The notes under the pieces were generated by a model. It worked only from the letters and a program-made list of their open reading frames with translations, did no database searches and had not been told where the DNA came from. A DNA stretch of 64,000 nucleotides from Chlorokybus atmophyticus (Eukaryota; Plantae; Mesostigma and Chlorokybus algae): positions 875,478 to 939,477 of the forward strand of contig RHPI01002262.1 of NCBI GenBank assembly GCA_009103225.1, given 5' to 3'. A program made the translations under genes and the position numbers. The first letter of the stretch is position 1. Each line of letters starts with the position of its first letter. This document shows, piece by piece, positions 47,695-61,138 of the stretch.

Positions 47695-50432
47695 TCAGCG
47701 AGGTCTTATACTCTTGGGTGCTTGATCAGGAACCAGTGTCCTGTTAGCTTGTGTTTCTGCGTCAGCCCGCGCGAGCCCACGCGCGGGCATAACACCATTA
47801 TTACTTGAGCGAGCTGGCAGCAGTAAACTCGGGTCCGAACTTGACTCCTTCAATGACGGTTGTGACCGGCCCTTCAGTGCTGTGACTACTGTGCTGCAAG
47901 CCACCGCAACCGCACCCGCCATGCCATACACGCCTAACAACAACCACAATGTCGCAGGAATCCGTCAAGTTCACGCTCATTTCCAGAGAGCATGTATGTG
48001 TGCCTTACCTGGTATTTCATCTAGCAACAGAATTCCAGAGATGTACGCAATGGGCACCTGAGGCAAGTAGAAGTACGCACCAACTGTTAACAGCCAAGCT
48101 GCAAGGCTGTAAAACCGATTGAAAAACTTGACTGCACATTCTTACCTCAGCATAGCTGATGGCCAAGGCGCTTGCAGCGCTTTGCAGCTGAAGGCCTCCT
48201 GCGCACAAATGAGAACAGTGTTGTGAGACTTTGGCTGACTGCACGCAAAGCAACTCCATGTGAAGAAAGTCAACATGCTTCTAAGCTGTCACTTACGGTT
48301 TACGAAAAAGATGGACACCGCAGAACAAAGGCCAAGAGTAAATATGTTAGGTATATCCCTGCACGGGGCAGTAAGTTTGTCCAACATGCCTACAGCAACA
48401 ACATTCAGAAGCTTGCCACTGGCCATACCGTAGTGAGGGTAGTTGATTGTTGCCCTGAATAAACATGCCCATGAGTGATGCGGGTATCGACAGCAAAGCG
48501 AAGTAGTGAGCCACAACCTGCACACAAGCATGATTGGTCACAAATGCAACAAACACATAATTTGTCATTTTGCGACAGGAAGCTCTTGCATCCCCCTGCA
48601 TGTATGCCCATCGTGTATTGGGTCACAGAAGGCTCACCAGCGAGTGTTCGCCTGTGCCGATTGTGCGCACCACAACATATGCAGCAGCAGCAAACACCGC
48701 CCCGGCAAGAGCAACAGCCACTCCCATCAGCTCACTGTGTGTCCGGTCCGCGCCGAACGCTTCTGCTGCGCCAAACAGGAACTGCGGTCTCGCTATCAGA
48801 CTGCAAACAATAAACAAGTTTGCGAGCAAAAATGGTACAGCAGTCCAACTGACAACACACAACCGAGAGCTGCAATATGCGTGTGCGGGCGCGAGCGCGT
48901 ACGCGCGCGCGCGCGGGCGGGCGGGTGTGTGTGTGCGTGCGTGAATGTGTGTACCAGACTCCTGTCAAGCCAGAAAGGCTGGAAAACACATCCACGAGCG
49001 TCCACGGCTCCCGCAGCAAGGCCCAGGCAAGCATGGCGCCCCAGATCGGGTTCGTGAAGTACAAAACCTGTTCACGTACACACATGATGCTGAGGACACA
49101 GGTGTGGGTATGCTTTGTTCTGTGTGTAGACATGACAGTTTCCACAACATACCTCAGTGTCAGCCAATGGCAACTTGTTCAATGAGTAGAAGATGCACTG
49201 TGTTGCAGAGAACCCGAGCAACGCACGCGCAACGAGCAATTTTCGGTTCTTGGGCTGACCCCTGAACACTCAATGATGTCTATGCGTGCTGCATCTCATG
49301 CGAGTTGGGAACACCAATATGCAACACCCGATTGCCTTACCAGAATGGAATGCGGCAGTGCCACAGGGCCAAATCAATAAATAGTAACATGACCATGGAT
49401 CGCAACAACACCACCTGCCACAACATGTGGATGTGTTGTGAGCCACATGAACAAGGACAGTGGTGCTCTGCATGCATTGCTGGCTGTATTGGCTTCCATC
49501 GGTCAAACCGTAAATGTAAAATTTGGCAACACCTTCAACTACATTGCCGAACCAACATGTACTACTGTATACCTCTGATGATGGCATGGTGCGTCCCAAA
49601 ACCTGGAGTCAAGTGAAACTCTGTTAGGCGTTATATAATTTTATTGATGCAATGGCGCTGAGCGTGTCATCACTTGCCTTGGCTACCAACGATGAGAATG
49701 AGAAGCCAAAAGCTGACACGATGACGCAAAGGAAACCGGATCCCCACAACGCCTTCCGGAAGCCATCCACCAGTTGCCAGCCCCTTCAGGCATGAACAGA
49801 TTAGGCGCTCAGAGCAAGCCGTTGAGCACGGTGCTAAGCAACCAAACCTTGCAGTAAACGTCGCTCATTGCTCATATGCATGACTGTACAAGGATGAAGC
49901 CGCATAATAACTACACACAGTAGCATTTTTTCCCTTTCAAACACAAACATGTAAATTTGCTCAAGTACACATAGCTGTCTGTGCAGACATGCGCAGGTAC
50001 TGCAAGGACCCATGCATGCACTTAATGGTTGATGATTTGTGCGTGTGATGCCTACAGAGCTTTGTGGGCATTGACTGTGTGTGTATACATGCATACATGG
50101 TTCTGTGCCCACATGCCTTGAGCAGCTGAATGCACAGGTGGTCGCATGGTTATACTTGGTCGTATGTTCATATGCACACGCATGTACGCACCAGGAACCC
50201 ATGCACGCATTGTCACATACCTACTGGATGCAGACAACGGTTGCAAGGCTGTTTTCGTCCGGCGCGTGCGTGGCATCTTTGAGCCCGAGCCTTGGCTAGA
50301 CAAGGTGCTGCCATTGGCCTTTTTTACAATTCGGCTGCTGGATTCTGCGCCCGTGCCTTTCCGCTTACGAGTCTCGTCATCGCTGCTGAACACTAGCGCA
50401 CTGTCCCTAATATCCACTACAGCATGTGTGCC
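47695..50432 (-). CDS. EamA/DMT (SLC35G-like) drug-metabolite transporter; about 10 exons; 5' exon(s) upstream of 50432 not resolved
   Basis: Exons give GFLCVIVSAFGFSFSSLVAK, SEVVLLRSMV, NRKLLVARALLGF...FYSLNKLPLADTEVLYFTNPIWGAMLAWALLREP, LIARPQFLFG, AAYVVVRTIG, GLQLQSAASALAISYAEVPIAYISGILLLDEIP and a terminal TM. Confidence 0.85.
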
Positions 50433-52186
50433 CTGCACAAAAGAAAAGGAACAGACAACTCGGGTGAAGCACTACTGAGATACACGTGTGAACTGTGCAG
50501 TGTCAGATGTGACATAAGCACGCATATGTGACACGTGGATATCTACGCCCCACCTCCATATGCGCAGTAAAACACAAAAGAAATAAAGCACAACTAGAAT
50601 GAGTTCAACTTGCTTCAGGTTCTATTGTCCTTACCAGTAACAATCGCAATGCAAACATCCGTGAAGATCAGTTTGAGTGGTCAGCGATTAGCAACATCAG
50701 TACGTGGCAGCTAGATGCATCATGTTGAAGTTGGCGTTTCATCACCACTTCATTTGCGACTTTGTCGATCTGTGGCTTGCACCATGCTTCAACACAATGC
50801 GCCACTGCTTTAGACTGATGAAATTGCGTGACACTGAGCTGAGAGTTGTTGTTGATAGCCTATCTCTTCTCAGTTTGTTTCAATATGGCAACTAGCCTGC
50901 ACATGGCGCAAGTTGACTTAACAAGTAAGCAACTGTCAACCAGGTCAGCAGCAAAAAGCTAAAAGCCAGCATGCTTGATCTTGCAGCAGTTAAGCAAAAA
51001 CCCACCTGCTTCTCCTGCTGCGGCCCCTGAGCCCTCATGCTTTGCACCAATGACAGCTACAGCAGCAACAACAAGCACACCGGCAGGCACGCCTTGCCGC
51101 CTCATGCCGGCAGCATGCTCCTCCAACAGCTCTGCTTCAGCTGCTGCTGCTGCTGCTGATGATGATTAATGTTCAATCTTCTCTCTCACCAGAAAGACAC
51201 TTCCAAAATAGCTGACAGCAGTTGGTGGTAGTGTTGTAATTGAACAGACGACCTCTCCAGCTGTTTCAACCATCAAGCAAGCTTGCAACCGTCCGAAGCA
51301 TCTAGAGCCACACCAAGGTGCAACTCCGACCCAAGCCAAACCAAGCTGGGCCTTGCTAGCACCTTACAGCTTGCAGGCACGCGTGAAGGCAGCCTTGAGT
51401 ACTACTGGACTGTCACTGCTGCTGGTTTCACCACCCAGCTGGCAGCCACAACCAAACCCACCCACCCACTCTGTCACACTCTGAGGCGCGCTGAGACAGA
51501 CTGGGCAGCGAGGTGGGTGCGTGAAAGTGACAGCAGCAGCAGCATGATTCTTGCCACCCGCTGATGTGACCTGATGGTGATCTTCCCGCGGTGTAAGCAA
51601 GAGGTACATCGACGGCGGACGTGCTTCTTTCATTGACATGCACCAGAGTGCAACGACCCGTTGTTGCCCTTTTCATTGCCCTATGATTCAGTGCGCAACT
51701 TCACCAAGCATCAACATGACATTCAATTGTGTGGTGTTGGTCTTCATTTGGTCTAGATGTGGCAGAATGCATAGAATGCCTTGTGAATGGCGCCTTGCTT
51801 AAGTGTAAGTTACGACCATGCGTAACAAAAGCCCTTGCGCAAATTGCATGTTTTGCAACACTTCAACGCTACTGCGAAAAAAAATGGATAAGCTATGTAT
51901 CACGCATACATGTATGTATACACAAAGGGAATTGTGCTGTGTGTAATATATTCCATCCAATGAGTGTCGTGGTCAACTATACTCAACGCATCAAAGCATT
52001 TAACCTGCTAATAATTGCAAGATACCGAGACATTGCTAAGACGCGCTGAGGTGTATATCTGAGATAGTATGCTAGGTTCGTCACATTCATGGTAACAAGC
52101 ACAACATGCAATATCATGCATGCACAACATGCAGCATGCAGCATGCGACACCTGCAATGACATGTCGATATTTATATCACCGGCTG

Positions 52187-52212
52187 CCCTAACCCTAACC
52201 CTAACCCTAACC
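52187..52212. repeat. Interstitial telomere-type repeat (CCCTAA)4CC
   Basis: Read directly from the sequence. Confidence 0.9.
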
Positions 52213-53682
52213 ATATCCAACTTACGAACCCCTACGCCGTTTGTTCACACAGCGTGCATGTTGTCAAGTATTTACTTGCCCACACGTGCAATGCTTTAGG
52301 TATGTATTCATCATTTGTAATCCATATCGTAATATAATATAATATATATCAAAAACAATTACATGAGGTTGTAGATTGTATTTGTGGATAATGTTTGTTG
52401 GAATACATTCATGAAAAAAGGGATGTCATGTTGGTTTTAAAGCGTATATATGCCAAATATTAGTGATAAGTAGCATTATACAGTGTTTACATTGATAGCC
52501 TATTACTGCAATAACGGCGTTATGCAGCTTATTATAAAGACACACGCTGGTTGACATCAATTACACATTTCGTTGCGCGCAATGTACCAATGTATGCACA
52601 AGATTTTCTGTTCATAGATTGAAGGTTTGTGCGTGCATACGTTTTATTACAAGAAACACACATGATGTTACGAAGTGCATTGACGGTGGACAACATGTTC
52701 AGGCAAATCCATTTTTCGTAGTCGCACCAACTTTGGTAAGAAGTGTTGAAAACCGTCATTTAGCTCGTGACTATACGGCATGTACAGATGTGAAATTTAT
52801 GGCCAAGTGTGACTTGATGATATGATGATAACATTTATGCTTTTATGTTTCTCAATCCAATTATCACAAGGATCCGTGTCAAAGCCATAATTCAAAAACA
52901 TCATAAATGACATCAATGTTGATATTGCAAATTTTATTGATAATAGCATATAGTCGCAATACCTACCTGTCACTTCCACCTAAAGCGCAACAGCTGATGC
53001 TTTCCATGTGTGCAATTGATTGCAGTCATGGTCTGTACAACTACTGATTTGATGTTGTTCACGTGTATAATTGTTCATGCAGATGCTGACCTACCATGTT
53101 CAATGCGAAACATGTGCCATTGGTTGTTCATAAGACCCATGTCAGCGCTAAAGTAGCACGCTTCTCAGCCTGCACATAGTACTGGCAATGCGAGAATGGA
53201 GACAAGCAAGTTACATATGCCAGCGCATTACTAGGATGAGCCGCATGATGGATCCACAACAAGCAAGTTACCCACTCAACAAGGACCACATAGTTATACA
53301 CTACACTTACCTAGCGTGCAGCAATATACCACACCAATACCTACCTCACTACACTGGTACACAGACCCTCGTCACTGAACCTGGTGATGCCTGGATCAGG
53401 CAGCCATACAATGTACATGACGCAGCTGCATGAAACTGTGCTGAACAAAAGTGCCATTGCGCGCAGGGGTTGGGTGCGAACAACTTGGGTGAGCAATCTG
53501 GAACACAACAAATTTTAGTAACTCAGCATGCAAAGCCAATATTGGAAGTTGCGAGTCGCAACTGCACCAAGGAGAATTGAATACGATGCACATGGCTGCG
53601 TGTACATGCTAAAATACAGACTTACCACTCAACGTGAGGAACTCCACATGCAGGCTTTGTTAACTGATATGTGCTTCTGCCA

Positions 53683-54482
53683 GCCGAAGAGCCCGCACGG
53701 CAGCCATGGCACGAGCAAATGCCGTGGCCAGGTTGTGCGCGAGGTGCGGCGGCACAACCTGGAGCTGTATTACCTGCGCAGCAAGCTCTGCAACCTGCAC
53801 GCAAGCACAATGGTCATGCATAAAACATTTTTTGCACTGCACCCAACCAACATCAGAAAGATCGGGAGATTGTGAATGTCTATGCTTGCAAAGGCTCCAC
53901 TGCAAGGCAGCTGATGCGCTTTGCCAAAGATGCTTGACAAAACAAAGCGCTTTCAGGCACTTGCGTGTTGGTGTTGTGCAGCAGGACCTTGCGCTGATCA
54001 ATCAGGACTCGCAAAAGCAAGCATTGCCGGTCACTGTGATTGACAGCAGTGCACATGCTTGAAGTTAACTCACGTCTTCAGGACTCCCAAGCGCAAGCGT
54101 TTGAGACAATAGAGCGCATAAACACACAACCCTTATGCTCAATGAGGGCTTGACGGCGACACATCGAGCAGAGGTCGCCATAATCCTATTCAATATTTGA
54201 TTACATAGTTTACGAAACCAATAGTTAAGCACCAGGAGAACTTATGCAAATTAAAAATTGGATGCTCAACCTCAGTGCTCTCAGTTCGACTTGGGAAGGA
54301 ACGTGCTTTTACTGCAGAATTGCTGTGCAGAAACAGCCAGCCGCTTATAACACCACTTGATCTTGTACGAATGTTTTGTGAGGTACCTCAAGAGGGTCCG
54401 GCGGTGGTGCGCCTGGGAGGTCAAGGTCCTGCAGTTGCAGCTCCGCATTCTCCCACTCCGGGGACAGCCTTGGGTTCACTGA
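53683..54482 (+). CDS. Hypothetical multi-exon coiled-coil protein; probably extends 5' to about 53190
   Basis: Strongly GC3-biased + strand segments VVREVRRHNLELYYLRSKLCNL and YLKRVRRWCAWEVKVLQLQLRIL. Phase-compatible exons QDLALINQDSQK, AHKHTTLMLNEGLTATHRAE and ENLCKLK...KERAFTAELL can be joined; stop TGA at 54480-54482. No family recognised. Confidence 0.4.
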
Positions 54483-54815
54483 CGGAACCATCCGGCAGAG
54501 CGGTAGACCCAGAACCACTCAGCCAATCACAGGAGAATCTCTATATCAGACACAGATGTCCACTTCCTCCTGTTCCTGCTCCTCCTTCTCCTCCTTCGTC
54601 GCCGCCGCCGCCGCCACCGCCGAAGTGATCACTAAACCAAGGGAGCTAAAACTATTGAATCACCGATCGCACTAAACTCTGAGTGACACTCATCACAAGT
54701 TGAACACAGCTGATCCAGGCTAAACGGATCACATTCGTTCCCGAGCACGGTGCCACCAGCTGATCCCATCTCTGTCATCTACTGCCACGTGGCGGATCTG
54801 TATTCAAAGGCGTTC

Positions 54816-56321
54816 ATGGCGGCGATGGCGCCTCCCAACGCCGCGCCCTCGCCACCCTCCTCCTCAAGACCTCTCCAGAACATCAGCATCGCCATGTCTA
54901 CCCTCGCCGCTGCAACTGCAGCAAAGGTGCGTACAGGCACACCCTGTCTGAGCCCTACACCATATTTGTAGAATGCCAGCTTGCATGCTGGTTGTCGAGC
55001 TGCTGTTACTGATGGTTTGTCGGACTGCTCTTTTACAATGAAGGGTGGGGAGGTGCCTATGAGGGAGTTTGTGGGGCTATGCGACGCCATTGCCCACATC
55101 TTCAGCTACTTCGGCCTGGTGTTCAAGTTTGCGGAGTCGGACTTCGTTTTCAAGACAAACGACCTCCGCTCTGTTGCTGACAAACCCTACCACACCCTCG
55201 GCCCAATGGTCGACGACGACGTCAAGGTATGAAGACATGCATGTACACGTATAGACACAACAATATGAGTCGATGATATAAGTCTGCATGTACACGAATG
55301 TATGTGCCGTAAGCACAGACAGTGAGGTGTTTATGTACACATGCAGTGACGTACGTGTAGTCCAATCTCCAGTGGTCGAGTCATTGTTTGATGAGTGCAA
55401 GTTTGTCTGGACAGTGACTGTGAAGGTCGAGTGAATGCACGCTTGCGTGCATGCAAGCATCGGACACAAACTTGTCAGAGTTTCCTTTAGCTCACACAGA
55501 AGGCGGGAATAGTGGGAGCTAACCAGAGTAGGAGTCAAACTACTGAACTCGTGTGCTGGTTGAATGACATTGACATACTCACCTGCGTGTTACCTGGTGA
55601 TTATGTCAACGGGCAGCGGAGTGGCGGGTTGCAAGTCTCGAGTGAAGTGCAAGAATTGACCTTTGGTTGCAATGCAGAAAGGCTCAGTGAAGAAGAAAGA
55701 TAGCCATGCACGCAACCTGTTGCGAATAAGACGGGGCCTCCATTTTGTCCAGCTGCTGTTGTCACAACTGCTCGCAAGGTATGCATATGCTCAGTGCACT
55801 CATCCGTTGTACGATTACGCAACATACCAGCCAGTCACCGCTGCTTTGCGACGCAACAGCACGCCGCAGTCGTCACTAAAGGAAATGGCGGGCCATGCAT
55901 ATGAGAAGTCCCTCGCGCCGTACCACCCATGGTCCATACGACAGGGCGTGAAGGTGGGGTTGTATGCTGCACCCACACGGGCTTCCTTCATGCACTCGGC
56001 AAAAGAAGATGGTGAGTGATGCGTCTGATCTCTACCAAGTTGCATGCATGGCTTCGCGTACGTGCGTGCGCATGCATGCGAAGCCCATGCATGCTTACGT
56101 ATCTCTACAAAACACACAGACGAACTCGTAGCCCTAGTTGTCTGTGTGCGCGCAGGTGTGCTTACGTGCTTGTGTGCTTGTGTGTTAACTATATCTTCTT
56201 GAAATTCTTTGCAGAGACGTCTTTTCGAGAGCCGGTGAGGCTGTTTTTGGAGCAGGTGCAGCCACTTATATCGCACATTGACCAGTTGTTCGTCTCCAGA
56301 GGTTTTGACCTGGAGTGGTGA
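54816..56321 (+). CDS. ACD11: ACD11-like ceramide-1-phosphate/glycolipid transfer protein; 5 exons
   Basis: RPLQNISIAM, FGLVFKFAESDFVFK, SHARNLLRIRRGL, LAPYHPWSIRQGVKVGLYAAPTR and the C-terminal LFVSRGFDLEW align to Arabidopsis ACD11 (SHTRNLLRVKRGL, ALPTR, GIDW). Confidence 0.93.
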
Positions 56322-56629
56322 GTTTTGGGTTTGGGGCACTGACATTGGGTACCTTTATTCTATTGCCGCTGGTGGTTGTTGCGTGGAGGCCGCGCATTGT
56401 ATGGCTGTGGTAGCTTTGATTGAAAGCCAGCATCTGATGTACAGTTAGCATAGAGTCAGTTGGTTTGTAAGCTCGCTGTCTGGGGACAGCTTTGTATGTC
56501 CGGGACGGCCACGCGCGTGGCTGGTTTCTTTACCAGACATGAATCCTTGCCACCAAGCTTTCATTGACTGTGGTTTCCATCGCTATTGGCTGTGCGGGAG
56601 AAGACCTGCATGCAGCAGTTTGTAGCGGG

Positions 56630-57780
<1,151 letters not shown>

Positions 57781-58640
57781 CCACACTTTGTACGTACAAT
57801 GCGAAACGGCAACGCACATGCATAGTGGCATGTATACAGAAAATGCAAGCGATGAACTCATACTCATATTACCACATATGCATATGCAATGGTCCCGTGT
57901 ATCATCCATACCTAACGCAACAGCACAGCTAATCAACAGCGCGCTAGCGCACCTACTGCCACGTTACGCTGCTCACGCCCTCGCGAGGACGACGTCCTCC
58001 GCCGTCACCACACCTGTATTGTAAAACATCAAGAGCAAATCTCTCTCCATACCAATTTACAAGCACATACTTCAACACCTGTGTACAACATTACAGCAAG
58101 GCGACCCTTTGAACCGATTACACAGTACTCACTGTGAATGTTGCAGAAGGCACAGGTCAGTGCAGGTGAACGCATATGCATGCTTGCATGGCTAACGGGG
58201 TAGTAGGGGTAGAGTAATGGGTTAGGTAGTGAATAAACCCGGTGGTTAACTTGACAACAGTGTGGTTGGCATGCGTTGTGTCTCTGCATGCTGCTGACTG
58301 TGCATGTGCATTGCCGTTTCGCATTGTTTGTACAACAGTAGAAGTAAGCAGGAAACAAATTCAGCATGCAGCAAGCAACGGGGACCATACTGCTAACATT
58401 GATGAGTTACTATGCAAGTTGGCGCGCACTGTTACAACTGCAGTGCAGGGTAACGCAGATATTTATCTAGTACAAAGCAAGTTCTAGTGTTGCGAGCCAG
58501 CTTCCCTAGCTGGTCCGTAGTGTCCTCTGGGCAAGGTAAAGACCTCGCCACAACGTATATATAAACTAATGTTGTACAAAAAGGTGATGCTACTGCCGGT
58601 GGTCCAACATGTGTGGAAAATTGCTGAAGCCTTGATTTGT

Positions 58641-60756
58641 TCATTCCCGTTTGCCACTCAACGCCAAGGCAACCAAACCAGCTGCGACAATGACGGACAG
58701 CACCGCACTGCCATACCCGGCCACTAACGCCGCACCCCGCAGCGTCTGAAAAGTATATTGGTTAGTGCAGACCAGATTCTCTTGGGACGCTACCCATCCA
58801 TCTGAGTGCTATTGATGCAAGCATGGCATAACAAACTGCAGTTACACCTCTGATGTGTAGCTCTCACCTGTGCAAGAACGAGTGCATTGGAGTTGGCATA
58901 GCTGTCTGCCTGGCCAGCCATAATAGCATCAAAGTTGCTTGTAACATAGTAGGAAAGGATGCTGCACCCAACAGTCGGTCACGTATACCACTTGCGCTCA
59001 ACAACAAAGCATTACTCCAACATGCCACACAGCAATACAACAGCACCAAGGAAGGGTCATAACTCACCCAAACACCACGCTTATGCCTGCTCCAACCAGT
59101 GCCTTCTCTGGTGTCAATGTGACCTTGATGGGTCCCAGCTGTTGACAGACGACGTAGACAAATTCAGCCAGAGTGTAAACTTTGCCCTCGGAGTCACCCT
59201 CAAGGACACAAACCTTACCGCCCACTCAGGAGTGGCAACTGCAACACCTGTTGTTTGTGTGTCGGGCACAGTTTTGGCCTTCTCACTCACAGTTTGTGCA
59301 GAAGAGTCCAGCGATCTGGCCAGCTGGCATATGGATGAAAATATGAGCGACACCTCACAGTGTATGAGTGCATTGTGCATATGCACTCACCTCAGCTATT
59401 GGTGCATTGTCACGCGAGCCTGCGGGCAGCGCGTTTACTGCTGTTTTCAACGAGCGAGCAGCGTTTGTTAATCTCCGAGCCAACCCTGTTAGCGGCAACA
59501 GCTGTCAAACTTGAGGTTGATGCGACCAAATGGCACACTATTCAGGCAATGAGGTTACTCGACTTCATTCACGAACCTGCATAGTTTGTGCCCTCTGGGA
59601 GTGATGGGACCAACCTTTTAATTGTCTCGGCAGCTGCATGAGCATCCTGCATGCACAAAAGCACATGAAGCATGCATCAAGACAGATGCGTTGACCAGTT
59701 ATAACATGGTTACGGTTGAAAACTGACATATATATCGCGAAGAAAACCAACTATCCAAAATGCCCTTGCCGTTTCTACGTACTAGTCAATTAACTATGCT
59801 CGCAGTCAGAAGACGCGCAATGACAGATGTGGACTCCGCTTGCCACACCCAGGACAAGTAGCCGAAAGTACTGTGACTGCAGCACTGGGGAGTGCAGTTG
59901 CTGTAACAAGTGGTGCCTATTGGTCAACTGTGCTAGCGTCTTCACACAGTCTGGTACCTCAGCTCTCTTCTACACAACTTCCAATGCTTGTGCACTCAGT
60001 GAAGATTGAAACGCACCTGTGCGTCTGCACGGCCCTCAAGCGCTTCCCCTGCTTTTGCAAGCGCGTCGGCCAGCTCAGCGCCAGCTTCACGAGGAGACAC
60101 GCTGGAGGTCAGCGCCCACGCGGCATCGCGCACCTGTTGTCGTTGTTATTAGCAATGTTGACCATGAACGACATATGTAGAAAGTGACGTAAAAGTGAAA
60201 AAGCCAAGTGCCACGCATTGCAAACAAGCGCGCATGCAACACAACTGCAAGTGGCGTACAAGCAGCAGCGTTGCTCAGGCAAGTTGGACGCCATGGCCCA
60301 TTGACTGTTTCTACCCACCGCTGGCTGACGTGCAAACGAACAACTGCCTGTGTACTACTGCAAAGTCAGCACCAATCAATGCTCAGAATGGCTGCTAAAG
60401 GCTGGCAGCGGGTAAAGACACAGTGCACTGTGCAGCTTGCCGCATGCCGCACAACTTGCAGGAGCTGCAAATCGGCACTGTTTACTGCAATGCATGCAGC
60501 ATGATGAAACACACATTCTCACCTCTTGCTTAACGTCGCTGGGCAGCGTCCTGAAGTAGTCCTTGTCCAGACCTGCCTGAGCAGAGGCTCTCACACCAAC
60601 CAAGCGAGATCCTCTCCTGCTGCGCAACGCTGCGGATCGCAACGGCAAGCTGGACAGCGAGGTACCACCAGCCTTGGCGTTGACCAGACGCAAGCATGGT
60701 CGCACTGACCTCGCCGGCGCCGGCAACGCCAACGACCCCGCCACCGCCGCTGACAT
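58641..60756 (-). CDS. Plastid-targeted membrane protein resembling Arabidopsis At4g24090 ('homer protein' annotation); central exons uncertain
   Basis: Transit peptide, then YFRTLPSDVKQEVRDAAWAL...GAELADAL, LGPIKVTLTPEKALVGAGISVVFGILSY...SYANSNALVLAQTLRGAALVAGYGSAVLS. This parallels the recalled plant sequence LPEDLKQDLRDAAF...VTPQKAYAGAAI...QYANDNALLIGKSLRG. Stop TGA at 58643-58641. Confidence 0.7.
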
Positions 60757-61014
60757 GGCTAACGCAATGCACCACATGCATTGCGCAAACTGAATCTTTC
60801 AAAACCCTGATTGATCGCAGATATCAGTTATTAACTTGGTATCAGTTATTTCTGGATATCGGTCTGTTGAGCAGTTATACCTTCGCCGCGTAATTTAGTG
60901 CTTGCTCAGTAATCCTCCGTGTTGATTCCTCACGTGCGCTGATATCACTGCTTGAGCTTGGGGACAGGCAGGGATATCTTGGTAACATTTGGGTATCGGT
61001 CGCGTGGCTCTCAA

Positions 61015-61023
61015 TTAGGGTTT
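61015..61023 (-). promoter_or_regulatory. Telo-box (AAACCCTAA) in the divergent intergenic region, about 115 nt upstream of the 61139 ATG
   Basis: TTAGGGTTT read directly. Confidence 0.45.
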
Positions 61024-61138
61024 GGGGCGATAAGACGGCGTGACGAAACTGCGTGGACACAGGCAGGGCGGGGCGGCGGTGGCGGCGGCGGCGGCGGCGT
61101 GCTGTCAGCGGTGTCGGTGCAGGCAGAGTTGAGGGACG

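Noticed and set aside
54275-54628. Minus-strand reading MVPSVNPRLSPEWENAELQLQDLDLP and VAELAAQVIQLQVVPP (53660-54001)
   Set aside because: These are antisense shadows of GC3-biased + strand exons, and no consistent minus-strand splicing could be built.
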